From contig JBAUYF010000007.1 of assembly GCA_049584655.1 (NCBI GenBank), positions 27,288-91,287 of the forward strand: a stretch of 64,000 nt of DNA, read 5' to 3'. The notes under the pieces were generated by a model, which worked only from the letters and a program-made list of their open reading frames with translations, did not search any database and was not told the DNA's origin. Each line of letters begins with the position of its first letter. The stretch's first letter is position 1. Positions 27,278-37,044 of this stretch are shown piece by piece. A program made the position numbers and the translations under genes. The DNA comes from Thermoplasmata archaeon. GTDB taxonomy: Archaea > Thermoplasmatota > Thermoplasmata > Lutacidiplasmatales > UBA184.

Positions 27278-28438
27278 TCAGAGCACGCCCATCGCCGTCA
27301 GTTTCTCCGGCAAATAGTGCTCCGTCACGTAGTTGAGTCCGTACTTGGCCAGCGACTGCTGCTCCGCCTTCTTGCCATTTCGCAACATCAGCTCGATCTC
27401 GGAACGCCAGTCCGCGGTTGCAAAGCGCGGGTCGGTCAGTTCGGCTTGGAGGGCGCGCACGTCCTGCTCGGACAGCTTGTCGTGCGGGAGCGCGTAATTC
27501 TCGATATCGGACGCGGTGACCCCGAGGAACTCAGCGGCGGGCGTGGCGAGGTAGTGCGAGATGTGCGCCGTCTTGATCGCTCCGTAGGCGACGGAGGCGA
27601 AGATACGAAACGACCAGGGATCGCCATCCGTGAAGACGACGACGGGGAGATGCAGCTCTTCGTTCATTCGTTTGAGGAAGCGACGGGTCGATCGAGCCGG
27701 TTGTCCCTTCAAGTGAAGTAAAATCGCGTGGTAATCCTCATCGAAATTATTCTCGGCCAGTCGATCTACCATTCCTCCGCATTCGATCGCGATCACGAAC
27801 TTGGCATTCGTCGATAAGAATCGGATCTTTTCCTTCTCGACGTTGAACGGCAGCGCGTAGCCTCCATCGCCGACGTCGTCCTTGCAGTTAATCTTCTTGA
27901 CCGCCCCCTTGCGGTTCGTCTCCCGGATGGTCAGGTCGCCGAGCACCGAGGCGCCATTCTCCTCGGGATGAAGTCGGAAATCTTCCCGAAGGCGCTCGCA
28001 CAAGACTTCCAGATCCTCGATGAGTAGATTCGATTCATCCTCGCTGTGGAACTTCGACTCCTCCCATCCTTCCGAGATATAGTACAGCTCCCGCAACGTC
28101 GACGTCTTGTGGTCGCGGGCCATCTCGTTGATGAAATCTACGAGATAGAACGTGCGCAGCAGCATCAAGGCTCCATCGAGTTTCCGCGCGCTTCGAGTTC
28201 CGAGCGCTCGTCCGAGTCGCCACACACCCTCGCGCATCTGGAACTGGATATTCTGTTTCGTACGAAGCGGAAGGCGCATCCGGGGAATTTCTCCATCCGC
28301 GAGCTGCTGGTAGATTTGGGCGGCGAGTGCCTGGGTCGGCTGTAACGCGTCCGAGCGGATCGCCCGGTCGTCTTCCTCACTCGTCTTCTTCGACTTCGGC
28401 GCTGCTTTCCGCGGCATCGTAGTCCACCTCCTCCCCAT
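27278..28438 (-). CDS. top6A: DNA topoisomerase VI subunit A (Spo11-like)
   Basis: [20 protein letters not shown]...[17 protein letters not shown] (Toprim DxD) and the catalytic-Tyr region. Confidence 0.9.
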   Translation of the reverse strand: MGRRWTTMPRKAAPKSKKTSEEDDRAIRSDALQPTQALAAQIYQQLADGEIPRMRLPLRTKQNIQFQMREGVWRLGRALGTRSARKLDGALMLLRTFYLVDFINEMARDHKTSTLRELYYISEGWEESKFHSEDESNLLIEDLEVLCERLREDFRLHPEENGASVLGDLTIRETNRKGAVKKINCKDDVGDGGYALPFNVEKEKIRFLSTNAKFVIAIECGGMVDRLAENNFDEDYHAILLHLKGQPARSTRRFLKRMNEELHLPVVVFTDGDPWSFRIFASVAYGAIKTAHISHYLATPAAEFLGVTASDIENYALPHDKLSEQDVRALQAELTDPRFATADWRSEIELMLRNGKKAEQQSLAKYGLNYVTEHYLPEKLTAMGVL

Positions 28439-30392
28439 CCGGCGCAGGAAGGGTTTCGCCTCCGGCTTGGGCCGCCTCTATCACCGCACGCGGGAGCCGC
28501 ACGTCCCAATCCCCGGGGAGTGGCTCTCCGCCGAGCAAGTGTCCCTCATCGACGCCCGCCACGTACCACGAAAGGTCGTTCTCCTCCACCTCCGTCCGAG
28601 CCGGAAACGTGAGCGCGACTCGAGTACGATCGCTTGGGGCCAGCTTGGGGAGCGTCCACCAGGCCCTTCCGAGCTCGGGGTCTGTTCCTGCGGGCTCGGG
28701 TTCCCATCGCGCGATAGAGAAAACTTCGGGAGGTACTTCCGCGAAAAGCTCCAATACGCGCGCGCGCGGCGTGTAGTTCGTGATTTCCGTATCGAACCGG
28801 ATTCCTCCCGTGATTTCCGGAGTTGACGTCTCTAGATTCACAACATCCATGATCCGCGTGATGACCGGCGTGAGGTCCGGGACTGGCTTTCCCACCAAGT
28901 GGCTGGTCTTCTCGGCCAATTTCGGAAGGATCTTGAGGATGATCGCAAATTTCTCCGTGGCAAACTCTCGACGAGTCTTACGGGAGAGATGGGTGCGCAA
29001 GTGCCGGGCGGCGGCCTGGAGTCCGAGCAACAATTCCTTGTCGATCTCGGGGTCCTCTGCGACGGCCTCCTTGGCTTCGCTGGTGAAGGGGATTTTCGTG
29101 GAGGCGATGTGAACGAGCAGAAGACACGGCCCACTCGGGAGGCCACTGCCGCCTTTCTGGTCGAGGCCGTAGCGTCGCCAGTCCATGTTCTGGACCGCGT
29201 TCGTGATCGCACACGCCCCTTGTTGGAATAGCAGGGGAACGCGGTTGGCGAAACGAAGCAGCTGGATAGGTTGGTCGCCCGGCAGTCCGCCCCCGTACAC
29301 GAGGCCGACCTCGACGAGAAACGGAAACCCCCCACGGATCTTCGGAGCCCGGCTGACGGGCGGTGCAAAGAACTCCGGCCGTACATCGCCGAGAACATTG
29401 CGAAGCCCCCGTTTGATCAAGAGCGGCCCGATCGGAGACAAGGAGTCGACACTTGGCGCGACGAGGGGAGCAGCATGCAAGGCGGCTAGAAGTCGCTCCT
29501 GCATTTCTCCTAGGATCGAACCCGGCGCGGCCCGACCCGAGATGCCCGAACTAGTGAGCACCTCGCGGAGCGCCCGGGGCCCAACCCCAGCGAGGTCCTT
29601 CGTGAGCATTTCCGCACAGGTGCCCCGCTTCGAGTTCTTCAGAAGGTATCCGAGCTCTCCCAACTCCAGCCCATAGGGGTGAGGAGGAGTTTCCTTGGGA
29701 ACCGCCGGGAGTTCGGTTGTCGCTCGATTCCACGTGACGCGAGTTCCGTCGGGCTCCACGAGTACTATTTGCGCGTGGGGATTGACGATCGCCGTACCCC
29801 GTAGGTACTCAAATGGGGCTTGGCGTCCGCGCACGTACTTCGCTCGGATCAGGAGCTCGATCCGCGTTCCATGCGGTCGGTCCCAAAGGGCCACATCTTC
29901 CGACACGATACGAGGAAGATTCTTCTGGGTGTCGATCAGCAACTCCAGCACGTGCGCGGCTTCTTCTTCCTCGACTTTGGAGGTGATTCGAGCCGGACGC
30001 GCGGTCGTGAGGGCGGCGTAGAGGATGGCCGCCGAAATCCCGATCCCTTGCTGCCCTCGTGACTGACGATTCGCGTGGAAACGGGATCCGTAGAGAAGTC
30101 GACCGAACACATTGGGAATCTCGCGCCGGAGGATTCCAGGTCCGTTATCCTCGACGGCGACGCGAAGGCGGTCATTGCCTTCCTTCGTGATCTCGACCTG
30201 AATGTCGGGAAGGAACTGTGCGTCAGCGGCAGCATCCATGGCGTTATCCACGGCTTCCTTGACGGTCGTCAAGAGCGCTCGCTGCGGATTGTCGAAGCCC
30301 AAGATCTGGCGATTCCGCTCGAAGAATTCCGCGACGGAAATCTCACGCTGCTGGGAGGCGAGGCGTTCCGCGATCGTTCGAGACGGCGGCAC
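28377..30392 (-). CDS. top6B: DNA topoisomerase VI subunit B (GHKL ATPase)
   Basis: N-terminal [37 protein letters not shown] (Bergerat fold) and ...[11 protein letters not shown]. 671 aa. Confidence 0.9.
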   Translation of the reverse strand: MPPSRTIAERLASQQREISVAEFFERNRQILGFDNPQRALLTTVKEAVDNAMDAAADAQFLPDIQVEITKEGNDRLRVAVEDNGPGILRREIPNVFGRLLYGSRFHANRQSRGQQGIGISAAILYAALTTARPARITSKVEEEEAAHVLELLIDTQKNLPRIVSEDVALWDRPHGTRIELLIRAKYVRGRQAPFEYLRGTAIVNPHAQIVLVEPDGTRVTWNRATTELPAVPKETPPHPYGLELGELGYLLKNSKRGTCAEMLTKDLAGVGPRALREVLTSSGISGRAAPGSILGEMQERLLAALHAAPLVAPSVDSLSPIGPLLIKRGLRNVLGDVRPEFFAPPVSRAPKIRGGFPFLVEVGLVYGGGLPGDQPIQLLRFANRVPLLFQQGACAITNAVQNMDWRRYGLDQKGGSGLPSGPCLLLVHIASTKIPFTSEAKEAVAEDPEIDKELLLGLQAAARHLRTHLSRKTRREFATEKFAIILKILPKLAEKTSHLVGKPVPDLTPVITRIMDVVNLETSTPEITGGIRFDTEITNYTPRARVLELFAEVPPEVFSIARWEPEPAGTDPELGRAWWTLPKLAPSDRTRVALTFPARTEVEENDLSWYVAGVDEGHLLGGEPLPGDWDVRLPRAVIEAAQAGGETLPAPDGEEVDYDAAESSAEVEEDE

Positions 30393-30447
30393 GGGCTTCC
30401 CAGCTTGAAGGCAGGTCTATAAGCCCGACGTTAGAATGGTGGGTGAA

Positions 30448-31263
30448 CTACGGCGGCGCGGACGTCGGGGGTCGTGCATCGACGTCGCGCAGCACCGGCC
30501 GGAACGGCCTCCAATGCGCCGCATCGACGAGATCGATCTCCACCCGGAACAGCCGTTGCTCGGGCGAGGCTCCCTCGAACGGGATCGCTTCCATCGCGAT
30601 GGGCTCCCCCCGCGCGTCCCACGCGTTCGTGCCGCCTCCAAACACTACGCCGTCCTCGACGCCCACGCGATTGACGTAGATCATCGGGGTCGCGTTCTCG
30701 ACCGCCCGCGCGGGCAAGACTTTCTCGAACAATCGCCGTGAAGTTACGGGGGAAGCCGAGACGTTGATCAACAGGTCAGCCCCGGCGAGTGAGAGTCCGC
30801 GTGTGACTTCCGGAAAGAAAGCGTCGTAGCAAATCTCGACGCCGAGTCGGTGGGCTCCCAAAGGAAGCGGGGTGCTGCGATCCGTCGGCGTGAAGAAGCT
30901 GCCTTCCTCGAATGGTCCGTACGTAGGCAGGTAGCGCTTGACTTGCGCGAAGACCGACCCGGAAGGTAAAAAGAGAAGGGCTACGTTTTCGACCTCGCCC
31001 GCCCGGGTGGGTCGCCGGCGAGGGGCGCCAACCAAGATCGCCGTTCGGGAACGACTCGCAAGCTCGACCAGTCGCCGCCATTCCGAAGAGGACTCGAACA
31101 ACGCGAGCGCGTGGATTTGGTCACCCACCCGGTACCCGCTTAGAAACAGTTCGGGAAAGATGGCGAGGTCGGCGGGGGCGGCGGTGATGGACCGCTCTAT
31201 GCGGTCGATGTTCGCGGCGACCTGATGCGGAACCGGCGTCAGCTGGCCTAGGGTGAGGCGCAT
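30448..31263 (-). CDS. Carbon-nitrogen hydrolase (nitrilase superfamily)
   Basis: ATG (cat 31261-31263) MRLTLGQLTPV...IFPELFLSGY...RLGVEICYDAFFPE. A Glu-Lys-Cys triad context is present. Its start overlaps the upstream gene's stop by 1 nt (TGATG). Confidence 0.8.
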   Translation of the reverse strand: MRLTLGQLTPVPHQVAANIDRIERSITAAPADLAIFPELFLSGYRVGDQIHALALFESSSEWRRLVELASRSRTAILVGAPRRRPTRAGEVENVALLFLPSGSVFAQVKRYLPTYGPFEEGSFFTPTDRSTPLPLGAHRLGVEICYDAFFPEVTRGLSLAGADLLINVSASPVTSRRLFEKVLPARAVENATPMIYVNRVGVEDGVVFGGGTNAWDARGEPIAMEAIPFEGASPEQRLFRVEIDLVDAAHWRPFRPVLRDVDARPPTSAPP

Positions 31264-31724
31264 CAGTAGAAGTACCGTCGCACGGCCAAAAGGTAGACGA
31301 ACAGCACGAGGAACAAGACGAACAAGACCGAGATCGATCCGATGAAGAACAGGTACGCCTCCGAGAGGAAGACCAACACGATCAATGTCCAGAGCGCCCA
31401 CGTCTCCTGGCGCCAGAGCGCCGTGGCGACGACCAGGAGCGTGATGCCCAGCGCCGAGAGTATGAGCGCCCCGAGGGTCGTTATGGAGTGCACGATGTTG
31501 AGCGAAACGGGGACGAGCGCCGGAAAACTCTCCGACATGAGAAAGAGGAGGCCCGCGAGGATAAGGAGCACCCCGGCGATGGCGATCAGGATGCTGAGAA
31601 TCCCGATGCCAATCGGGAGGCGCGGTCGGATCGGCTCGGGCTCCCAGCGCGGAGGCAGGTGGTCGATCTCGACTGCCGTCGAGGGGTCCGCAGACGCGGT
31701 AGCCGTGGAGCTCGCGGGGGCCAT
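31263..31724 (-). CDS. Small 4-TM membrane protein; paralog of 9775..10185
   Basis: 153 aa. See the alignment described under 9775..10185. It is embedded between GGPP synthase and the CN-hydrolase. Confidence 0.6.
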   Translation of the reverse strand: MAPASSTATASADPSTAVEIDHLPPRWEPEPIRPRLPIGIGILSILIAIAGVLLILAGLLFLMSESFPALVPVSLNIVHSITTLGALILSALGITLLVVATALWRQETWALWTLIVLVFLSEAYLFFIGSISVLFVLFLVLFVYLLAVRRYFY

Positions 31725-31791
31725 CGTTCGATGTTCCGGGGATACATCGAGCCGTCGTACGGGACAAGTAGCTTTCGTTCGACGGGTCTGC

Positions 31792-32847
31792 TCAGAATCG
31801 ACGGGCGGCGGCGCCGCGCGCCAGTCGGTCGAGTAGCGTGTGATACGGCGAGGGTCGGATCGGCTCGAGGGCCTGGACAGCGCGCTCCGCCCACCGCGAA
31901 GCTTCTTCCGCCACTACCGTAGCGGCTCCCGTTGACTCGGTCAATTCATGCAAGCGCAGGAGATCCTTGGCGTGTTTGCGGCGGAGCCGGAACAGCCGGT
32001 CAAATTCTTCCTTCTGGCTCGACCCCAGTCGCTGATAAGCCTCGAGAGAGACGAGCGTGGGATTCCCCTCACGAAGGTCCGTGTAGAGCGGCTTCCCTAA
32101 CAGATCTGCATCGCCGAAGACATCGAGCAGGTCGTCGCGGATCTGGAACGCAATCCCCAGGGCGCGTCCGTACGTCGCACAGGCGTCAATGACATCCGAG
32201 GGGGCACCGGAGATCTCGGCCACTGAAGCGAGCGCAGCCGCGACGATCGCGGCCGTCTTGCGCTCCACGACCCGGAAATAGTGTTCCCGTCCTGAGGTCA
32301 GGTCGAACCGACTCGATTCCTGCAAGACTTCCCCTTCGACGAGGTCCGCGCATGCCTCGCCGCATCGCAAGATCACGGTCTTTGGATACTCCGCTGCAAG
32401 TTCGAAAGCCCGGACGAATAGGAAGTCCCCGGAGACAATAGCCATCGGAACGCCGAACGCACGGGGCATCGAGGGACGTCCTCGACGTAGCTCGGCGTGG
32501 TCGATCACGTCATCGTGGACGAGCGTGGCGGTATGGATCAACTGGAATGCGGCGGCCAAGGAGTGGATCGGGCGCGTTTCCTCGTGACCGAGGGCCCGGT
32601 ACAGTACTGCCATGAGGAGGGGACGGACTCGCTTGCCACCGGTGCTGCACGCGTAGGTAGCTGATTCGGTCAGCTGCGGATAGGTGGATCGGAGCACTTG
32701 GTGAAGTCGCCAATCGATATCGGAAAGGTCGTGGACCAGCGCCGGAAGAAGTTCGGAGATATGCTCGAGCGCCTCGACCCCCAGCGTTTCCGTAACGAGA
32801 ACTTCAAGAGGAGGCTCGGCTGGCTCGGCGGGGACCGGGGACGTCAC
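31792..32847 (-). CDS. Polyprenyl (geranylgeranyl) diphosphate synthase
   Basis: First DDxxD motif (LVHDDVIDHAELRRGRP) and second DD motif region (FQIRDDLLD). The likely GTG start at 32847 overlaps the GGR stop (GTGA). The track ORF N-terminus (Arg-rich) is an over-extension. Confidence 0.8.
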   Translation of the reverse strand: MTSPVPAEPAEPPLEVLVTETLGVEALEHISELLPALVHDLSDIDWRLHQVLRSTYPQLTESATYACSTGGKRVRPLLMAVLYRALGHEETRPIHSLAAAFQLIHTATLVHDDVIDHAELRRGRPSMPRAFGVPMAIVSGDFLFVRAFELAAEYPKTVILRCGEACADLVEGEVLQESSRFDLTSGREHYFRVVERKTAAIVAAALASVAEISGAPSDVIDACATYGRALGIAFQIRDDLLDVFGDADLLGKPLYTDLREGNPTLVSLEAYQRLGSSQKEEFDRLFRLRRKHAKDLLRLHELTESTGAATVVAEEASRWAERAVQALEPIRPSPYHTLLDRLARGAAARRF

Positions 32848-33944
32848 GCGGCGCTCCCGAGCCGAGTCGGTCGACGCAGGCGCATCATCGTGTCGAGACC
32901 GGAAGCCCCGATATAGCGCATGCCTAGCGCGAGTAACGGATTGTAGTGGACAATCGTGTCCCCCAAGAGCTTTATCCGATGCGCATTCGCGAGCGGCCCC
33001 GCCAGATGGGCGCGGAGGAGTGTGTCGTATTCCGCAAGGCTCGTTCCCTCCCGAACACTCTTGGCTGCGACGACCCCCGCATCTCGTCCGGAGATCATGG
33101 CGGTCGGGATACCCCCACCGTTGGTCGCCATCACCAGATTGGCCGCGTCGCCGACGAACAGGGCGCGACCCCGCACCGCGCTCGCCGGGGGTGGCCCGAT
33201 CGGAACCCACCAGCGCGTGAGGTCGAATGGTTCGTTCAACCCGAAACGCTGGCGGAAGTGCTCGAGCAGTCGACTTAGCGTTTGGCCGCGGGGGAGCCGC
33301 GCGACCCCTAACCCCACGTTGGCGTCGCTCTCCTTCGGAATGACCCACGCGTAGCCGCCCGGAGCCACCCGCCCGAAGTAGAGGGCGATCTCGTCCGCGA
33401 AGTGGCCCTCTACGGTCGCCGTGATCATCCGAAACATCTCACGAGGAATCGCGAACCCCGTTCCTCGCGCGACGGTCGAGATCGGACCGTCCGCGCCGAT
33501 GATCACCTCCGCGCGGACCGTCGTGCCGCCGGAGAAGGAGATCTCCGAGTCCTGCACACGCGTTACGCCGCACGGAAATCGCAGCTCTGCGCCCGCGCCT
33601 TCCGCTTGATACGCGAGGGCCTTATCGAACGCTCGGCGAGATACCGAGTAACCGTCCAGCGGGAACCGATAGCGACGCCCGTAGGGCGAAACGCAGACCA
33701 TCCAGTGCGTCGCGCGCAGGATCGTTTCGCTCGGTATATCGAACGAATCATCGATAACCTCGGGGCAATCGAACAGATCCTTGAGTTCGGTCGGTGTGGG
33801 GAGGAACTCCCCACACTGTACGGGATGGCCCAGTTCTGGGCGCTGATCGACGAGGAGCGTCTTAGCGCCGTTCCGCGCGGCAAATTTCGCCGCCAAGCTC
33901 CCGCCCGGGCCGGCTCCCACGACCACGACGTCGAAATGCTCCAC
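32844..33944 (-). CDS. Digeranylgeranylglycerophospholipid (geranylgeranyl) reductase, FAD-dependent
   Basis: MEHFDVVVVGAGPGGSLAAKFAARNGAKTLLVDQR...GEFLP. FAD-binding GxGxxG plus the conserved GGR core. Confidence 0.85.
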   Translation of the reverse strand: MEHFDVVVVGAGPGGSLAAKFAARNGAKTLLVDQRPELGHPVQCGEFLPTPTELKDLFDCPEVIDDSFDIPSETILRATHWMVCVSPYGRRYRFPLDGYSVSRRAFDKALAYQAEGAGAELRFPCGVTRVQDSEISFSGGTTVRAEVIIGADGPISTVARGTGFAIPREMFRMITATVEGHFADEIALYFGRVAPGGYAWVIPKESDANVGLGVARLPRGQTLSRLLEHFRQRFGLNEPFDLTRWWVPIGPPPASAVRGRALFVGDAANLVMATNGGGIPTAMISGRDAGVVAAKSVREGTSLAEYDTLLRAHLAGPLANAHRIKLLGDTIVHYNPLLALGMRYIGASGLDTMMRLRRPTRLGSAA

Positions 33945-33950
33945 GGCCCT

Positions 33951-35549
33951 TCACGCCCCGACCGCCACGAAATGCTGTGCGGCGGAAGAGATCGCGGCAA
34001 GGACCGGCTGCGGGTAAATGCCCAGCGCCACGATCGCAAAGGTCGCGAGGCCGATCGCCATCGCGCGACCGTACCCGATTCCTCCGAGCGGTAAAGGATC
34101 GGCACCGGACGCGCCCTGAATACCTGCGGTATGCGGAGAACCCGCGATGGCACGGTCGGGTTGGTCCATGTACATCACCTTGAGGACGCGTGCGTAGTAG
34201 AAGACGGATAGGGCGCTATTGAGCAGCCCCGCGATCGCAAGATAGACGAAGAACCCTTGCGCCTGGATCGCGGACGAGAAGAGAATGAATTTCGACACGA
34301 AGCCGATCGTGAGGGGAACGCCGGCGAGCGAGAGTAGCATCAGCGCGAACGACGTACCCAGCAACGGTCGTCGAACCCCGAATCCCTTCCAGTCTTCGAT
34401 GAGGGGGCCGACGCCGAGCGATGCCGCCGCCGCCACGACGAGAAACGCGCCGGCTTTCATGAAGACATGGGCGAAGATCTGGAGGGTAGCACCCGTGATC
34501 GCCGGGGCGGTTCCGATCGTGATCCCGATCAGCATGTAGCCTGCTTGCGAGATCGACGAATAGGCGAGCATTCGCTTCATCGAGCGCTGCATCAAGGCCA
34601 AGACATTCCCCACGGTCATCGTCAGCACGGCCATCGCGCCGAGCGTGATCTGTAGTATCGGCCCGAGGTCCGTGGGGGTCGACCCATTTCCGATCGGACT
34701 TGTCGCGGAGCTTACAAAGAGGACCGGACCCAAGAAGACGAGGAAGAAGGCGAAAAGGCCGATTTTCTTTGTCCCACCGGCGAGGAACGCCGAGACATCA
34801 TTCGGCGCGCCGTCGTAGACATCGACCGCCCATGCGTGGAAGGGAACGGCCGTTACCTTGAACGCCAAGCCGGCGATCAGAAACCCATAGCCGACGAGTA
34901 CGAGGTTCGGCAAGCCGACGGAGCCGCCTTCGGCTCGGATCGCGAAGAGATTCGTCGTTCCATAGGCTCCGAAGATCAGTGACGCTCCGTAGAACGAGAG
35001 CACCGTCGAGAGCGCGCCGATAATGTAGAACTTCATCGCGGCTTCCATGCCACGCGGATCCTTCCGCAGGTAGCCGACCATCAGATACGTGGAGATCCCC
35101 GTGATCTCGATCGCGATCAGCAGAAAGATCAGGTCGGCTGCCACCGCGACCAAGAGCATTCCAAGGGTCGCGATCAAAAGAAGCCCGAAGAACGTCGCCG
35201 CTCCGGGGTCGCGCGAGGGGCGCGAGAGCGACGCGAGTGCTACGAGTAAGGCGCTGACGAGAAAGATCCCTTGGAAGATCAGACCCAACGAGCTGAACGT
35301 AAAGAGGGCAGTCAGTGAAGGATGGAGAGGATCGATCTGCGACGCGGGGATCGTCGCCATCCCGGAGAGCGGCGAAAAGCGTAGGTCCGCCACGACCAAC
35401 AGTAACGCAGCCAGTGTACCCACGACCGCGACCCCGCCGAGCACTTCGAGCCGCCGGACCCCGACGACCTCGAGGAGAAAGACGAGAAGCGCGGCCGCGA
35501 GGAGGATGAGCTCGGGCAGCCATGGAAGGGCGAACGAGGCGAGATTCAT
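33951..35549 (-). CDS. nuoN: NADH-quinone oxidoreductase subunit N
   Basis: 532-aa antiporter-like subunit. It is the last gene of the nuo cluster. Confidence 0.85.
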   Translation of the reverse strand: MNLASFALPWLPELILLAAALLVFLLEVVGVRRLEVLGGVAVVGTLAALLLVVADLRFSPLSGMATIPASQIDPLHPSLTALFTFSSLGLIFQGIFLVSALLVALASLSRPSRDPGAATFFGLLLIATLGMLLVAVAADLIFLLIAIEITGISTYLMVGYLRKDPRGMEAAMKFYIIGALSTVLSFYGASLIFGAYGTTNLFAIRAEGGSVGLPNLVLVGYGFLIAGLAFKVTAVPFHAWAVDVYDGAPNDVSAFLAGGTKKIGLFAFFLVFLGPVLFVSSATSPIGNGSTPTDLGPILQITLGAMAVLTMTVGNVLALMQRSMKRMLAYSSISQAGYMLIGITIGTAPAITGATLQIFAHVFMKAGAFLVVAAAASLGVGPLIEDWKGFGVRRPLLGTSFALMLLSLAGVPLTIGFVSKFILFSSAIQAQGFFVYLAIAGLLNSALSVFYYARVLKVMYMDQPDRAIAGSPHTAGIQGASGADPLPLGGIGYGRAMAIGLATFAIVALGIYPQPVLAAISSAAQHFVAVGA

Positions 35550-35559
35550 GGCCTCCGCC

Positions 35560-37044
35560 TCATGGGAACCCGTACACCGGAGAGTTCGAGATCACGTTCA
35601 CCAAGAGCCCAGGTAAGATCCCGTAAAGCACGATCAGAGCCACGAGGATCGCCATGCCGGCGATCTCGTACCACGGGAGGTCATGGACCCGTTCGGAGAA
35701 TCCCTTCGGCGGACCGAAGAGCGTCCGCTGCATCATCCAGATGTAAAACGCCGCCGTTACCACCAGAATGATGAGGGGCAATAGGACCCAGTAGCCGATC
35801 GCATCCCAGGTGGCGAGGAAAGCGGAGAACTCTGCTGGGAAACTCACCAGCGCGGGAAGCCCTAAGGACGCGAGTGACCCGATCATGATCATCGTAGCTA
35901 AGGTAGGGCTCGCCGGCGTGATGCCGCCGAGCGTGGGGATATCGCGGGTCCCGAAGGTGTGATGGACGCTCCCCGAGGCCATGAAAAGAAGCGCGCTCAC
36001 GACTCCGTGGGCAAACATCAGAAGGACGGCCGCGAGCAGGCCGAGCGACGAGTAGACGGCGATCGCGAGCAGCACGATCCCCATGTGATTGATCGAGGAG
36101 TACGCGACCATTCGCTTCAGGTCCCGCTGCGCGAGCGAGACGAGCGAACCCCAGATGATCGAGGCAAACGCAACGACGTAGAGGAGCGGCGTCAAATGGG
36201 ACATGCCCTGCGGAAGGACCTCCACCGCCCACCGGATCAGCCCGTAGCCCCCGAGCTTGAGGAGGAGGCCCGCAAGAAGAACGGATCCGCCGGTCGGCGC
36301 TTCCACGTGGGCATCCGGCAGCCACGTGTGGAAGGGGACGATCGGGAACTTGACGCCAAAGCCGAAGAAGAGGGCGAGGAATATGAACGATTGGACGACG
36401 GCCGAGAGCCCTTGTGCGGCCGAGAAGATACTCCCAAAGTCGAAGGACGAGGCGCCCGAATAGAACGCCAAGACGAGCAGCCCGGTGAGCATGACGATGC
36501 TCGCAACGTGGGTGTAAATGAAGAACTTGATCGCCGCGTAGCGCCGGTTCGGCCCGCCCCAATAGCCGATGATGAAGAACATCGGGACGAGGACCGCTTC
36601 CCAAAAGAGGAAAAAGAGGAGAATATCGAGGGCGATGAACACCCCGAATGAGCCGAGACATGTCAGGAGAACAAGTCCGAACCAGGCACTCGGCCGCTTG
36701 GACTCGTTCCAGCTGTAGACTACGGTGGCGATCTGAAGGAATCCCGTGAGCAGGATCAGGATGAGACTGATCCCGTCGATCCCGACAGTGTAGTTGATGT
36801 GGAGCCAGTAGAGCGAGATCCATGCGTACGATTCCGTGTAATTGTAGAGCGGAACTCCCGTCGCACTCCGCCCGGCCCAGGAGCCGAATCCGAGGAACAT
36901 TGCGGCGATCTCGATCAGGAAGAGGATCGAGGTGCCGAGCGCCACGTACCGGGCCGATCGCCCCGAGGCGAAGGTCAGGACCGTCCCCAGGACCAGGGTA
37001 GCCAGCGTGAACGAGAGGATCGGGAACACGTCAGCCGCCCCCAA
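35560..37044 (-). CDS. nuoM: NADH-quinone oxidoreductase subunit M
   Basis: 494-aa antiporter-like subunit with characteristic WLPDAHVEAPTGGS. Confidence 0.85.
   Translation of the reverse strand: MGAADVFPILSFTLATLVLGTVLTFASGRSARYVALGTSILFLIEIAAMFLGFGSWAGRSATGVPLYNYTESYAWISLYWLHINYTVGIDGISLILILLTGFLQIATVVYSWNESKRPSAWFGLVLLTCLGSFGVFIALDILLFFLFWEAVLVPMFFIIGYWGGPNRRYAAIKFFIYTHVASIVMLTGLLVLAFYSGASSFDFGSIFSAAQGLSAVVQSFIFLALFFGFGVKFPIVPFHTWLPDAHVEAPTGGSVLLAGLLLKLGGYGLIRWAVEVLPQGMSHLTPLLYVVAFASIIWGSLVSLAQRDLKRMVAYSSINHMGIVLLAIAVYSSLGLLAAVLLMFAHGVVSALLFMASGSVHHTFGTRDIPTLGGITPASPTLATMIMIGSLASLGLPALVSFPAEFSAFLATWDAIGYWVLLPLIILVVTAAFYIWMMQRTLFGPPKGFSERVHDLPWYEIAGMAILVALIVLYGILPGLLVNVISNSPVYGFP

Noticed and set aside
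29185-29676. ORFs in alternative frames inside top6B (28899..29231, 29185..29676, 28838..29398)
   Set aside because: They are internal to a 671-aa protein with GHKL ATPase motifs in the annotated frame.
35681-36823. 380-aa minus-strand ORF, and other long Arg-rich ORFs such as 3541..3942, 4083..4955, 19292..19729, 37740..38225 and 40371..40886
   Set aside because: They are alternative frames of well-supported genes (nuoM, nuoL, nuoH and others). Extreme Arg/Pro/Gly content shows they are high-GC frame artefacts.
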